Notes under the pieces: generated by a model | What the model was told of the DNA's origin: nothing | What the model saw: the letters and a program-made list of their open reading frames with translations, nothing else | Databases searched by the model: none | Made by a program: the position numbers and the translations under genes | Assembly: GCA_045648665.1 (NCBI GenBank) | Contig: JAZROL010000008.1 | Coordinates: forward strand, 4,064-68,063 | DNA from: Candidatus Enterousia sp. | GTDB lineage: Bacteria; Pseudomonadota; Alphaproteobacteria; Rs-D84 | Length of the DNA stretch: 64,000 nt | Reading direction: 5' to 3' | In this document: positions 38,907-48,493 of the stretch, piece after piece | How the letters are laid out: the number at the start of each line of letters is the position of its first letter | Numbering within the stretch: position 1 is the stretch's first letter

Positions 38907-40703
38907 TTATTCTTCTTGCTTTTTTTCTTTGCCTTTGAACTGCATATCATAAAGCATTTTATATGCGCCGTTCTTAATCGCTAATAATTCATCATGCGTT
39001 CCGGATTCCACAATTTGCCCGTCGTTTACAACTATGATTTTAGTCGCGTTTTGAATCGTGGATAAACGGTGCGCAATCACAAACACTGTTTTATCATGCA
39101 TCAGGTTTTCTATCGCTTTTTGCACGACCGCTTCGGATTTATTATCTAATGCGGATGTTGCCTCGTCCAAAACCAAAATAGGGGCATTTTTCAAAAAGGC
39201 ACGTGCAATCGCAACACGCTGACGTTGTCCACCCGAAAGCATTATGCCACGTTCGCCAATTTGAGTGTCCAGGCCGTCTTTTAATGTTGCCAGAAAATCG
39301 TCCAAATATGCCATTTTAACCGCTTTTTCCACTTCTTCCGCGGTGGCGTGTTCGTTGCCCAACATAATGTTTTCACGTATTGTACCACCAAACAAAAAGT
39401 TATCTTGGAATACCACACCTATGTTTTGACGTAATGATTTCAAAGTGAAATCGCGGATGTCTGTGCCGTCAACCGTTATATCGCCGCCAGTCACATCGTA
39501 AAAACGTGGTAATAAATTAACAAATGTGGTTTTTCCACCGCCTGAATTGCCGACTATCGCAATAGTGTCACCATGATTAACCTTTAAATCGATGTGTTTC
39601 AACACAGGCACATCAGGCAGATATTCAAATGAAACGTCATTAAATCTTATTTGTTTGTGCGTGCGTGGCATTTCTATGGCGTTTTTAGTGTCAACTATTG
39701 TTGGTTTTGCATCCAATATGTCGAATACTTGTTCAATCGCCCAGAAAGATACCAAGACCGCATTATAATTGTTCCCTATGGTTTTAATAGGTGTATAAAG
39801 CAAGATTAAAGATGTCAAAAATGACACAAATCCACCAGGCGTTAACTGGCCCGTCAAAATCAAGTGCGAACCAAACCATAATGCCAAGGCGATACCTACT
39901 GACAAAATTATATGCATCACAGGTGTTAACCAACGTGTGCGCTTGAACAATTTCATGCCAAGGTTAAATGTATCGTCCAACACAGCCAAATATCTTTTGT
40001 TTTGGTATTTTTCAAGGTTGTACGAAATGATTGTTTTATTTCCCGCGTATGTTTCGTTGTATTTAGTGGTCAATAATGCGCCCGCCTGCATAGATTTATT
40101 TAATATCGGTGTCACGCGTTTTTTTAACGATGCCATTGGTAAAAACGCACCTAATAATATAGTCACGCACACCAATGCCAATTGCCATGAATTGTAAAAC
40201 AAAACAATAATCAAAGAAAATGATGTGAAAAATTTCTGGACAAAAGTTTTGATATTGTTAAGAAGCCCGGCGCATGCTGTATCCGCATTACCGCTGAATT
40301 TAACCAAAATATCGCCTGAATTTTTGGAATTAAAGAATTCTGTTTCAAATGTTAACATTTTCTTGAACAAGTCGGCTTTTAACAAATTTGTAATTTTTCC
40401 GCCAACCCAAGTATTCAAATAATTCAATATGTATGTTAATGCACCCTGGACACAGGTAAAACCTATAATCAACAAAGGTATATACCAACCCGCTGTCAAA
40501 GTCTTTTCAACCATAACCGCATCAGTATATGGACGTATTGCCCATGCGATAACCGCATCCATTGAACCCACAGGTATCGCCAATAATATAGTTAGCAATG
40601 CGCGAAACCAATATGGTTTAATATACTTCCACATACGTTTGTAATTTTTTACAAACATATTTTCAAGAACTTGTTTTCTTAAAGATTGCGACAATTTTTG
40701 CAT
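38907..40703 (-). CDS. ABC transporter, fused permease/ATPase (MsbA-like exporter)
   Basis: 6-TM N-terminal domain; Walker A GNSGGGKTT; signature LSGGQRQR; Walker B ILVLDEATSALD. Confidence 0.85.
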   Translation of the reverse strand: MQKLSQSLRKQVLENMFVKNYKRMWKYIKPYWFRALLTILLAIPVGSMDAVIAWAIRPYTDAVMVEKTLTAGWYIPLLIIGFTCVQGALTYILNYLNTWVGGKITNLLKADLFKKMLTFETEFFNSKNSGDILVKFSGNADTACAGLLNNIKTFVQKFFTSFSLIIVLFYNSWQLALVCVTILLGAFLPMASLKKRVTPILNKSMQAGALLTTKYNETYAGNKTIISYNLEKYQNKRYLAVLDDTFNLGMKLFKRTRWLTPVMHIILSVGIALALWFGSHLILTGQLTPGGFVSFLTSLILLYTPIKTIGNNYNAVLVSFWAIEQVFDILDAKPTIVDTKNAIEMPRTHKQIRFNDVSFEYLPDVPVLKHIDLKVNHGDTIAIVGNSGGGKTTFVNLLPRFYDVTGGDITVDGTDIRDFTLKSLRQNIGVVFQDNFLFGGTIRENIMLGNEHATAEEVEKAVKMAYLDDFLATLKDGLDTQIGERGIMLSGGQRQRVAIARAFLKNAPILVLDEATSALDNKSEAVVQKAIENLMHDKTVFVIAHRLSTIQNATKIIVVNDGQIVESGTHDELLAIKNGAYKMLYDMQFKGKEKKQEE

Positions 40704-40869
40704 TTCTATTCCTGTTATTTAACGCAGCTTTAGATTAGCCGATTTATAACTAAAAGTCAATATTTGTATAAAAAGCGAAAAAAGCAAAATTTTTATGATT
40801 TTATCCTTGCTTTTATTGTTGTTTTCTTTCAAAATACGCCCGGTTTAATTAATTTACAAAGGAGAAACC

Positions 40870-43530
40870 ATGTCTAATAAATGGGTTTATACATTTGGAA
40901 ATGGTGCCGCAGAAGGCCGTGCAGATATGCGTAATCTGTTGGGCGGAAAGGGTGCTAATTTGGCAGAAATGAATTTGGTTGGTTTACCTGTGCCGGCCGG
41001 GTTTACAGTCACAACGGACGTTTGTACTTATTATTACGAAAATGGACAAACTTATCCGGCTGATTTGTTGGATCAAGTAAAAGCAGGTATCGCACATATT
41101 GAATCTATTATGGGTAAAAAATTTGCAGATACTGAAAATCCATTGTTGGTGTCTGTTCGTTCCGGGGCGCGTGTTTCTATGCCTGGAATGATGGATACTG
41201 TGTTGAATTTGGGTTTGAACGATGAAACAGTAAAAGCGTTGGCTAAATCCGCAAATAATGAAAGATTTGCTTATGATTCTTATCGTCGTTTCATTATGAT
41301 GTTCAGTGACGTTGTTTTGGGTGCAGATATTGATTTGTTTGAACATACTTTGGAACGTATGAAAGAAGACAAAGGATACAAAGTTGATACTGAATTAACA
41401 GCAGACGATTTGAAGGATTTGGTCGAAAAATTCAAAGAAATCGGTGTTAAAATTGGTAAAGTTTTCCCACAAGATCCTTGGGAACAGTTGAAATTGGGTA
41501 TCGGCGCTGTATTTGGTTCTTGGATGTCCAAAAAGGCCATTACTTATCGTAAATTGAACAATATTCCGGGTGATTGGGGAACCGCTGTGAATGTCCAGGC
41601 GATGGTGTTTGGAAATTCTGGTGATGATTCTGCAACTGGTGTGTGTTTCTCTCGCGATCCTGCAACCGGTGAAAACAAGTTTTATGGCGAATATCTGATT
41701 AATGCCCAGGGTGAAGACGTTGTGGCTGGTATTCGTACACCACAGCCAATGGCAAAAGATGATTCTGGACGTGTGTCTTTGGAAGAAGCCATGCCGGAAG
41801 TATATGCTCAATTGGTTGATGTTCGCAATAAATTGGAACAACACTATAAAGATATGCAAGATATGGAATTCACAATTGAACATAAAAAATTGTGGATGTT
41901 GCAATGCCGTAATGGTAAAAGAACTGCGGCCGCGGCTGTGCGTATGGCCGTGGAAATGGTCGAAGAAGGCTTGCTAACGAAAGAAGAAGCTATCTTGCGC
42001 GTTGGTGCAGACCAATTAAACCATTTGTTGCATCCTATGTTGGATCCAAAGGCAGAAAAGAAAGTAATCGCAACTGGTTTGCCTGCATCCCCAGGGGCTG
42101 CGGTTGGTCAGGCTGTATTTAATGCGGAAGATGCAGAAGCCTGGAAAAAAGAAGGCAAAAAAGTTATGCTTATCCGCGTTGAAACGTCCCCTGAAGATAT
42201 TGCAGGTATGAATGCGGCCCAGGGTGTTATTACTGCACGTGGTGGTATGACATCGCATGCTGCAGTGGTTGCTCGTGGTATGGGAACACCTTGTGTTTCT
42301 GGTTCTCCGGACATTAAAATTGATTATGAAACAAAAACAATGAAAACAACATCTGGTGCGGTTATCCACGAAGGTGATTGGGTTTCTATCGATGGTGCCA
42401 AGGGGCAAATTATCGAAGGCGCAATTCCAACAGTATCTGTTGAATTAACTGGTAATTTCGGCACATTGATGAAATGGGTTGATGAAATCAAATGTTTGAC
42501 AGTGAAAGCAAATGCTGAAACACCAAAAGATGCGAAACAAGCGCGTGATTTTGGTGCAGAAGGTATCGGTTTGGCACGTACTGAACATATGTTCTTTGAT
42601 CCATCTCGTATTCAAGATATGCGCGAAATGATTTTGGCAGATGACGAAGGTGGCCGTCGCGCTGCGCTGGATAAATTATTGCCATATCAAAAAGCAGACT
42701 TTATCGAATTGTTCAAAATTATGGATGGTCTGCCGGTGACAATTCGTTTAATCGATCCACCACTACACGAATTTTTGCCACATACCGAAGAAGACATGGC
42801 TGAATTGGCAAAACATATCGGTAAAGATGTTGAATTTGTAAAGGCGCGTAGTGAAGCGTTGAAGGAACAAAATCCTATGTTGGGACATCGTGGTTGCCGT
42901 TTGGCGATAACATATCCTGAAATTTGCGAAATGCAGACACGCGCAATATTGTCTGCGGCACTTGAATGCAAACAACAGGGTATACGCGTATTCCCAGAAA
43001 TCGAAGTTCCACTGGTTGGTTCAAAGAAAGAAGTGGATATTGTTAAATCTGTGATTGATGCGACTGCATCTGCTTTGTTTGCGGAAACGGGCGATTCAGT
43101 TGAATACAAAGTTGGTTCAATGATTGAATTGCCGCGTGCGGCTTTGTTGGCAAATGAAATCGCGGAAAGTTGTGAATTCTTTGAATTTGGAACAAACGAT
43201 TTGACACAAACAACATTGGGTATGTCACGTGATGATACAGGTAAAATCTTGGATGAATACCGCGCACGTGGTGTGTATGTTGCCGATCCTTTTGCATCTG
43301 TTGATCAATTGGGGGTTGGTTTGTTGATAAAAGACGCCGTTGCAAAAGCACGTGCAACCAAGGGTGAAAATATACACCTGGGTGTGTGCGGTGAACATGG
43401 CGGAGATCCTGAATCCGTTGAATTCTTCCATGCGGTTGGATTTAATTCGGTTTCATGCAGTCCGTTCCGTGTGCCAATTGCACGCCTTGCGGCGGCTCAG
43501 GCAGCGGTCAAAAACCCACGCAAAAAATAA
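40870..43530 (+). CDS. ppdK: pyruvate, phosphate dikinase
   Basis: 886 aa; N-terminal LGGKGANLAEM; central phospho-His domain GGMTSHAAVVARGMG; PEP-utilising C-terminal domain. Confidence 0.9.
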   Translation: MSNKWVYTFGNGAAEGRADMRNLLGGKGANLAEMNLVGLPVPAGFTVTTDVCTYYYENGQTYPADLLDQVKAGIAHIESIMGKKFADTENPLLVSVRSGARVSMPGMMDTVLNLGLNDETVKALAKSANNERFAYDSYRRFIMMFSDVVLGADIDLFEHTLERMKEDKGYKVDTELTADDLKDLVEKFKEIGVKIGKVFPQDPWEQLKLGIGAVFGSWMSKKAITYRKLNNIPGDWGTAVNVQAMVFGNSGDDSATGVCFSRDPATGENKFYGEYLINAQGEDVVAGIRTPQPMAKDDSGRVSLEEAMPEVYAQLVDVRNKLEQHYKDMQDMEFTIEHKKLWMLQCRNGKRTAAAAVRMAVEMVEEGLLTKEEAILRVGADQLNHLLHPMLDPKAEKKVIATGLPASPGAAVGQAVFNAEDAEAWKKEGKKVMLIRVETSPEDIAGMNAAQGVITARGGMTSHAAVVARGMGTPCVSGSPDIKIDYETKTMKTTSGAVIHEGDWVSIDGAKGQIIEGAIPTVSVELTGNFGTLMKWVDEIKCLTVKANAETPKDAKQARDFGAEGIGLARTEHMFFDPSRIQDMREMILADDEGGRRAALDKLLPYQKADFIELFKIMDGLPVTIRLIDPPLHEFLPHTEEDMAELAKHIGKDVEFVKARSEALKEQNPMLGHRGCRLAITYPEICEMQTRAILSAALECKQQGIRVFPEIEVPLVGSKKEVDIVKSVIDATASALFAETGDSVEYKVGSMIELPRAALLANEIAESCEFFEFGTNDLTQTTLGMSRDDTGKILDEYRARGVYVADPFASVDQLGVGLLIKDAVAKARATKGENIHLGVCGEHGGDPESVEFFHAVGFNSVSCSPFRVPIARLAAAQAAVKNPRKK

Positions 43531-43683
43531 TATTTTTGCATTAAATGAAACACCCCGTTTATTCGGGGTGTTTTTTGTAGGTAAAAATAAATGTGAAACC
43601 GTTCCTGCGGAAATGCGTTTTGTGTTGCGATATAATGGTGTTGTCTTAAAAGACTTTAACCATTTAAACCACAGGAGTATAAA

Positions 43684-43917
43684 ATGGGAGCATTTACACA
43701 CTACGTATTGAAACCTTTGTCTTTGATTGGGGCATTGAACTGGGGCTTGGTCGGATTTTTCAGATTTGACTTTGTCGCATGGTTGTTTGGCCCAATGACA
43801 TGGTTATCTCGTTTGGTTTATGCAATTATCGGTTTGGCCGCTTTAATCTGGCTCTTTATCTGGATTTTTGGCGATAAACCAGCTTGCACAAACGAATACA
43901 ACAGACGTCGTAATTAA
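43684..43917 (+). CDS. DUF378 family small membrane protein
   Basis: IGALNWGLVGFFRFDFVAWLFG motif typical of DUF378. Confidence 0.6.
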   Translation: MGAFTHYVLKPLSLIGALNWGLVGFFRFDFVAWLFGPMTWLSRLVYAIIGLAALIWLFIWIFGDKPACTNEYNRRRN

Positions 43918-44418
43918 TTCTTTTTTTCATCAAAGACACATGAATGCCCGTCAGGGCATTCTTTGTTTTTGCAAATTATTTTTTTTCTGGTACAATACTA
44001 ACCAAGCGAAAGCAGAAGAGAGAGAATACATGGGGTGATGGCTTTCGCAACGAATCTATTTTCACTACATGTGTTTGGGTCGTCCCATCATCCCATTTTT
44101 TGTCCATTTTTGCTGTTTTTTATCATTACGTGGTCGCTTTATAAAATAAAAATGCCTTTATTCAACGAGATATAACAAAAAATCAATATATTGACACGAA
44201 TCGTTTGAAAAATATCTATATTTTGATTTTTTTACGTTTCCGAATCGCTTTTTTTATGCTTTTTTCGCAAAAGTTTATACAAAAAAACATTTAGTGCCCA
44301 AAAGTGGTGCGAATCGGTGTTGTGAAAAACGTCCCAAACCCGCGCACAATATGCCTTTGAGAAATGCAAGTGAAAAAATAAGAAAAAAATTTTTTTTAAT
44401 AAGGTTATTTTATATCAA

Positions 44419-44467
44419 ATACTGTATATTGTGTTCAAAGGAACCAAAAATATACTATATATAGTAT
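44419..44467 (+). promoter_or_regulatory. two NrdR-box-like 16-bp palindromes (atactgtatattgtgt and atactatatatagtat) 33 bp apart, ~25 bp upstream of nrdD
   Basis: Both match the aCwAtATaTwGt core of NrdR operators. Tandem arrangement as in NrdR-regulated RNR operons. Confidence 0.55.
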
Positions 44468-44491
44468 TTTTGTCAAATAAAGGGTATAGGT

Positions 44492-46546
44492 ATGGCAAAC
44501 GATAAAAGCGAAGTTAAAATTCAAGTTGTGTCCACTTTGACTTGCGAATTGGAATCTATCAAAAAGCGTTCTGGGGAAATTGTCCCGTTTGATGCAAAGA
44601 AGATTTTTGAAGCAATTAAAAAGGCTGTGGCGGTCACACATGAATTGTCGGATGCTGATGTCGTTAAAATGACCCAGGACGTTTTGAAACGTTTGGATAA
44701 AAAATATGCCGGTCAAATTCCAGATGTCGAAAATATTCAAGATATAGTTATTCAAACTTTGATGGATTCGCATGCGTATAAAACCGCCGAAGCGTACATA
44801 GTTTATCGTCAAAAACGTGCTGAAATTCGTGATTCTTTGGTTGATGCTGTTGCAGTAATTGATGGCTATGTTTCCGAAGCGGATTGGCGCGTCAAAGAAA
44901 ATGCAAATATTGGATATTCTATTGGTGGATTGATTTTGCGTTCTTCCGAACGTATGACCGCTGAATATTGGTTGAATTTATATCCAAAAGATATTGCAGA
45001 TGCGCATAAATCTGCCGCTTTTCATATTCATGATTTGGGGTGGTTAACCGGATATTGTGCTGGTTGGTCTTTACGTGAATTGTTATACGAAGGATTTAAT
45101 GGTGTTCCGGGCTATTTACAGTGTGAACCTGCTAAACATATGGCGACCGCTATTTCGCATATGGTGAATTTCCTTGGCACTTTACAGAATGAATTTGCAG
45201 GGGCACAGGCATTTTCATCGGTTGATACATATCTGGCACCATACGTGCGTATTGATAAATTGTCCTATGCAGATGTTAAAAATGCGATGCAGACGTTAGT
45301 GTTTAATTGTTCTGTGCCTTGTCGTTGGGGAACACAAACGCCGTTTATTAACTTTACTTTCGATTGGACTTGCCCGAAAGATTTGCGCGAACAACGTCCT
45401 TTTGTAGGCAAAAAGATGGTTGATTTTACCTATGGTGATTTACAGGCCGAAATGGATATGATTAACAAAGCCTTCATAGAAGTTATGACCGAAGGTGATG
45501 CCCAGGGTCGTCCATTTACTTTCCCAATTCCAACATATAATATTACTGACGATTTCCCATGGGAACATCCAAATGTAAAGCCTTTGTTTGATTTGGCGGC
45601 AAAATACGGAATACCTAATTTCCAAAATTTCCTTAATTCTGATTTGAATCCAACGGATGTGCGTTCTATGTGTTGCAGATTGCGTTTGGATGTGCGTGAA
45701 TTGCTGAAACGTGGTGGTGGTTTGTTTGGTTCCGCTGAAAAAACAGGTTCTATTGGTGTTGTGACTATTAATTTGGCACGTTTGGGTTATACTCACAAGG
45801 GCGACCGCGAAGGTTTGTTACGTGAATTAAAACGTTTGCTGGATTTAGCACGTGATTCTTTGGAAATCAAACGTAATATTATTTCAAAGAATATGGAACG
45901 TGGTTTGTATCCATTTACTAAACGTTATTTGGGTAATTGGAATCATCACTTTTCAACCATCGGTGTTAATGGCGCGAATGAAATGGTTATGAATTTTACT
46001 AATGGCACCGATAATATCGCAACAGTGTTCGGTAAAAATTTAGTTTTGGAAGTTATGGATTTCATCAGAACTAATTTGGCCGATTATCAGGAAACAACAG
46101 GAAATCTGTATAATTTAGAGGCAACACCAGCCGAAGGATGCGCATATCGTTTTGCAAAGACAGATAAAAAGAATTTCCCAGATATTATAACTGCGGGGAC
46201 TGAAGATGCACCTTATTATACAAATTCAACACAATTGCCTGTGTATTTCACGGATGACCCATTTGTCGCACTGGAACACCAGGAAGAATTACAACGTAAA
46301 TATACCGGTGGAACAATGTTGCACCTGTATATGGGCGAACCTGTATCGTCGGGTGAGGCCGCGGAAAAGATTGTCCGGACTATATTTGAAAATTACAAAG
46401 TGCCATATATGACATTGACACCTACATTTTCAATTTGTCCAAAACATGGATATTTGCCGGGAAGACATGATTTTTGTCCTAAATGTGATGCAGAAATCGT
46501 GGCTAACAGCAATGATTGTCAATGCAAATGTGACGACCATAAATAA
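44492..46546 (+). CDS. nrdD: anaerobic ribonucleoside-triphosphate reductase (class III) catalytic subunit, lacking the C-terminal glycyl-radical segment
   Basis: ATP-cone N-terminus; NrdD body; C-terminal Zn ribbon CPKHG...CPKCD. No RxxGY motif before the stop. Confidence 0.85.
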   Translation: MANDKSEVKIQVVSTLTCELESIKKRSGEIVPFDAKKIFEAIKKAVAVTHELSDADVVKMTQDVLKRLDKKYAGQIPDVENIQDIVIQTLMDSHAYKTAEAYIVYRQKRAEIRDSLVDAVAVIDGYVSEADWRVKENANIGYSIGGLILRSSERMTAEYWLNLYPKDIADAHKSAAFHIHDLGWLTGYCAGWSLRELLYEGFNGVPGYLQCEPAKHMATAISHMVNFLGTLQNEFAGAQAFSSVDTYLAPYVRIDKLSYADVKNAMQTLVFNCSVPCRWGTQTPFINFTFDWTCPKDLREQRPFVGKKMVDFTYGDLQAEMDMINKAFIEVMTEGDAQGRPFTFPIPTYNITDDFPWEHPNVKPLFDLAAKYGIPNFQNFLNSDLNPTDVRSMCCRLRLDVRELLKRGGGLFGSAEKTGSIGVVTINLARLGYTHKGDREGLLRELKRLLDLARDSLEIKRNIISKNMERGLYPFTKRYLGNWNHHFSTIGVNGANEMVMNFTNGTDNIATVFGKNLVLEVMDFIRTNLADYQETTGNLYNLEATPAEGCAYRFAKTDKKNFPDIITAGTEDAPYYTNSTQLPVYFTDDPFVALEHQEELQRKYTGGTMLHLYMGEPVSSGEAAEKIVRTIFENYKVPYMTLTPTFSICPKHGYLPGRHDFCPKCDAEIVANSNDCQCKCDDHK

Positions 46547-46587
46547 GTTAACAAATAAACAAAAATTAAAACGAAAGGAGGAAAACC

Positions 46588-46767
46588 ATGAACCCACAAA
46601 CAAGAACACGCTGCGAAACATTTTCACGCTCTATGGGATATATTCGCCCAGTAAGAAATTTCAATATCGGGAAATATGCTGAATTTTGCGAAAGAAAAAC
46701 TTTCACAGAATCAAACGCATTGTCAACTGGTTCTCGTCACGCTGAATTATTGAAAAAAGCAGCCTAA
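46588..46767 (+). CDS. stand-alone NrdD glycyl-radical domain (59 aa)
   Basis: Own RBS AAAGGAGG 7 nt upstream. TRCETFSRSMGYIRPVRNFNIGKYAEFCERKTF matches the NrdD C-terminal consensus R(V)CGYL.P...N.GK.EE..R, with the radical Gly in MGY. Missed by the ORF track (<60 aa). Confidence 0.65.
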   Translation: MNPQTRTRCETFSRSMGYIRPVRNFNIGKYAEFCERKTFTESNALSTGSRHAELLKKAA

Positions 46768-46780
46768 GGGTCGGTTTTTC

Positions 46781-47485
46781 ATGAAAGAAATTCAAATCGG
46801 CGGCTTGGTTTCCTTTACGACAATTGATTATCCTGGGAAATTGGCCGCTGTTTTATTTTTAAAGGGATGCCCGCTGAATTGCGAATATTGTTCTAATTCG
46901 CATCTTATTGCAGTGGAGCAGGGTGAATATGACCCAGAAAAAGTTTTCGATTGGATACGTGCGCGCGTCGGTAAATTAGAAGGTATCGTCTTTTCTGGTG
47001 GTGAAGCGTTAATGCAGGCGGACACAACAATCGATTATATGAAACGCGTCAAAGAACTGGGGTTCGCAATTGGGTTGCATACCAATGGTTTTTATCCTGA
47101 TTTGTTAAAGAAAGTATCAAGTATTGTTGATTGGATTGGTTTGGATTTCAAAGCAACCAAAGAACATTACAAAGATTTAACCAAGATAGATATAGCGTAT
47201 AATCGTATGATTGAATCTTTGCAATATTGGGTGTCAACAGGGCGCGGATTGGAAGTGCGTACTACATGTGATCCGCGTTATGTTTCAAAAGAAGATTTAT
47301 TGGAAATCGCAAAAATTGCGTCTGGTTTTGGTGTTAAACATTTCGCTGTGCAAAAATATACACCATATCATGAATGTGAATGTCATCAAACAACACCCGC
47401 ACAACGTGAACAATTTTTCAATGACGATGAATTAAAGAAAAAGATAGAAAGTTTATTTGAAAGTGTGATTTGGAGAAACGCATAG
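46781..47485 (+). CDS. nrdG: anaerobic ribonucleotide reductase activating protein (radical SAM)
   Basis: CPLNCEYC radical-SAM cluster; GGEAL motif; adjacent to nrdD. Confidence 0.85.
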   Translation: MKEIQIGGLVSFTTIDYPGKLAAVLFLKGCPLNCEYCSNSHLIAVEQGEYDPEKVFDWIRARVGKLEGIVFSGGEALMQADTTIDYMKRVKELGFAIGLHTNGFYPDLLKKVSSIVDWIGLDFKATKEHYKDLTKIDIAYNRMIESLQYWVSTGRGLEVRTTCDPRYVSKEDLLEIAKIASGFGVKHFAVQKYTPYHECECHQTTPAQREQFFNDDELKKKIESLFESVIWRNA

Positions 47486-47487
47486 TT

Positions 47488-47886
47488 TTATAGGTATTTT
47501 TTCCATTTTTTATCTCTGTAAACGTCGATAGCGGTTTGAAACCAAAAATCGCGAATATTTCTGGCAGATACTGCCCTCATAAAAGAAATATAGATTTTTG
47601 GATTTAGGCATACATTATCACAAAGATACACATTTTGTATGCCCCAGTTTTCCTTTTCGATTTTGGATAACAATTTACCTATAAATTTATCGCTGTAACA
47701 ATATTTATCCATAAAAAAAGCGGCTTTTTGCATAAAAATATAAACTCTGCCGGGTTTATCAATCATGCCAGACGAAGAAACAAGAATTAATAAAATGTCA
47801 GACAATTTAAAAGTGTTAAAAGTCTGTTCGTTGATTTTTTGAAATTGAACATCCCGAATACAAATGGTCTTGGTTTGATTTACCAT
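47488..47886 (-). CDS. hypothetical protein
   Basis: 132-aa ORF. Preceded on its 5' side by structured repeat copy A and a terminator-like hairpin. Confidence 0.4.
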   Translation of the reverse strand: MVNQTKTICIRDVQFQKINEQTFNTFKLSDILLILVSSSGMIDKPGRVYIFMQKAAFFMDKYCYSDKFIGKLLSKIEKENWGIQNVYLCDNVCLNPKIYISFMRAVSARNIRDFWFQTAIDVYRDKKWKKYL

Positions 47887-47917
47887 TATTTACCCCACAT
47901 AATGTTATAAAAACAAA

Positions 47918-48141
47918 GACCGTCATAAAAAGGCGGTCGGGGAGTTAGAAAATCAGAGTATTTTGATTCCGCATGACCTTTATATATACGCCAACGGCTC
48001 CCCAACCAGCGGTTGGGGGATTTAACGATACCTTTGTACCGAATACTCTGGGCTTTCTAAAGCCCCAGAATCCAATCCCTTGGATTCTGGAGTCATTATA
48101 AACATATTTATTAAAAATTGCAAATTTATATTCTGGTGGCT
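47918..48141. repeat. structured dispersed repeat, copy A (partner 61012..61291)
   Basis: Shared blocks ggcggtcggggagtt, gattccgc, cctttatatatacgc.aacggctccccaacca, agcccc.gaa.ccaat.cc-hairpin, attataaa, ta(t/a)t(t/a)ctggtg. The hairpin arms differ between copies but stay paired (gaatcc/ggattc vs gaacc/ggttc). Confidence 0.6.
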
Positions 48142-48350
48142 TTTGGTGAAACGTATAATCCCACGAACAAAGTTCGTGGGTCCTTCCTCCTCGTAAGATT
48201 CGAACTGCGCTAGGCTTGTTTTTGCCAACTATCGTCCCGACTATGAGTAAGTGAAAACGAGTGTATACGAAGTTTAAACGCTAACGAATGCCGCGCAGGC
48301 GTAAGCCGAGCGAACCGCGGTTCGCTTCCAACCAGTAAGATATTCGGAAT

Positions 48351-48380
48351 ATAAAAAAATACCATCTTTCGATGGTATTT
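48351..48380 (-). terminator. rho-independent terminator downstream of tRNA-Leu/rpmB (minus strand)
   Basis: Perfect hairpin aaataccatc-tttc-gatggtattt followed on the minus strand by a T-run. Confidence 0.6.
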
Positions 48381-48390
48381 TCTTATATTC

Positions 48391-48475
48391 TGGTGGCTCT
48401 GGTCGGAATCGAACCGACACTCCTTTCAGAACTTGATTTTGAGTCAAGCGCGTCTACCAGTTCCGCCACAGAGCC
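48391..48475 (-). tRNA. tRNA-Leu (anticodon CAA)
   Basis: 85 nt on the minus strand: GGCTCTG acceptor, anticodon stem CTTGA/TCAAG with loop CTCAAAA, long variable arm, T-arm TCGG-TTCGATT-CCGA, CCA encoded. Confidence 0.8.
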
Positions 48476-48493
48476 AGAACTTTCGCGAACCAC

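Noticed and set aside
41280-43431. Multiple antisense or alternate-frame ORFs inside ppdK and nrdD (e.g. 41395..41904 -, 42016..42408 -, 45440..45796 -)
   Set aside because: Embedded within strongly supported long CDSs. Rejected as frame shadows.
43944-44144. ORF 43944..44144 and 62908..63096 in intergenic regions
   Set aside because: No RBS, odd composition, and they overlap promoter or terminator structures. Treated as non-coding.
47890-48390. tmRNA (including two-piece alphaproteobacterial form) or RNase P RNA in the 500-bp non-coding region next to tRNA-Leu
   Set aside because: I looked for the GGGGCUGAUUCUGGAUUCGAC 5' end, a T-arm/CCA 3' end with a tag reading frame, and RNase P P4/J11-12 consensus blocks on both strands. 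Only weak fragment resemblances were found (e.g. ttggattctgg), insufficient to call either RNA.
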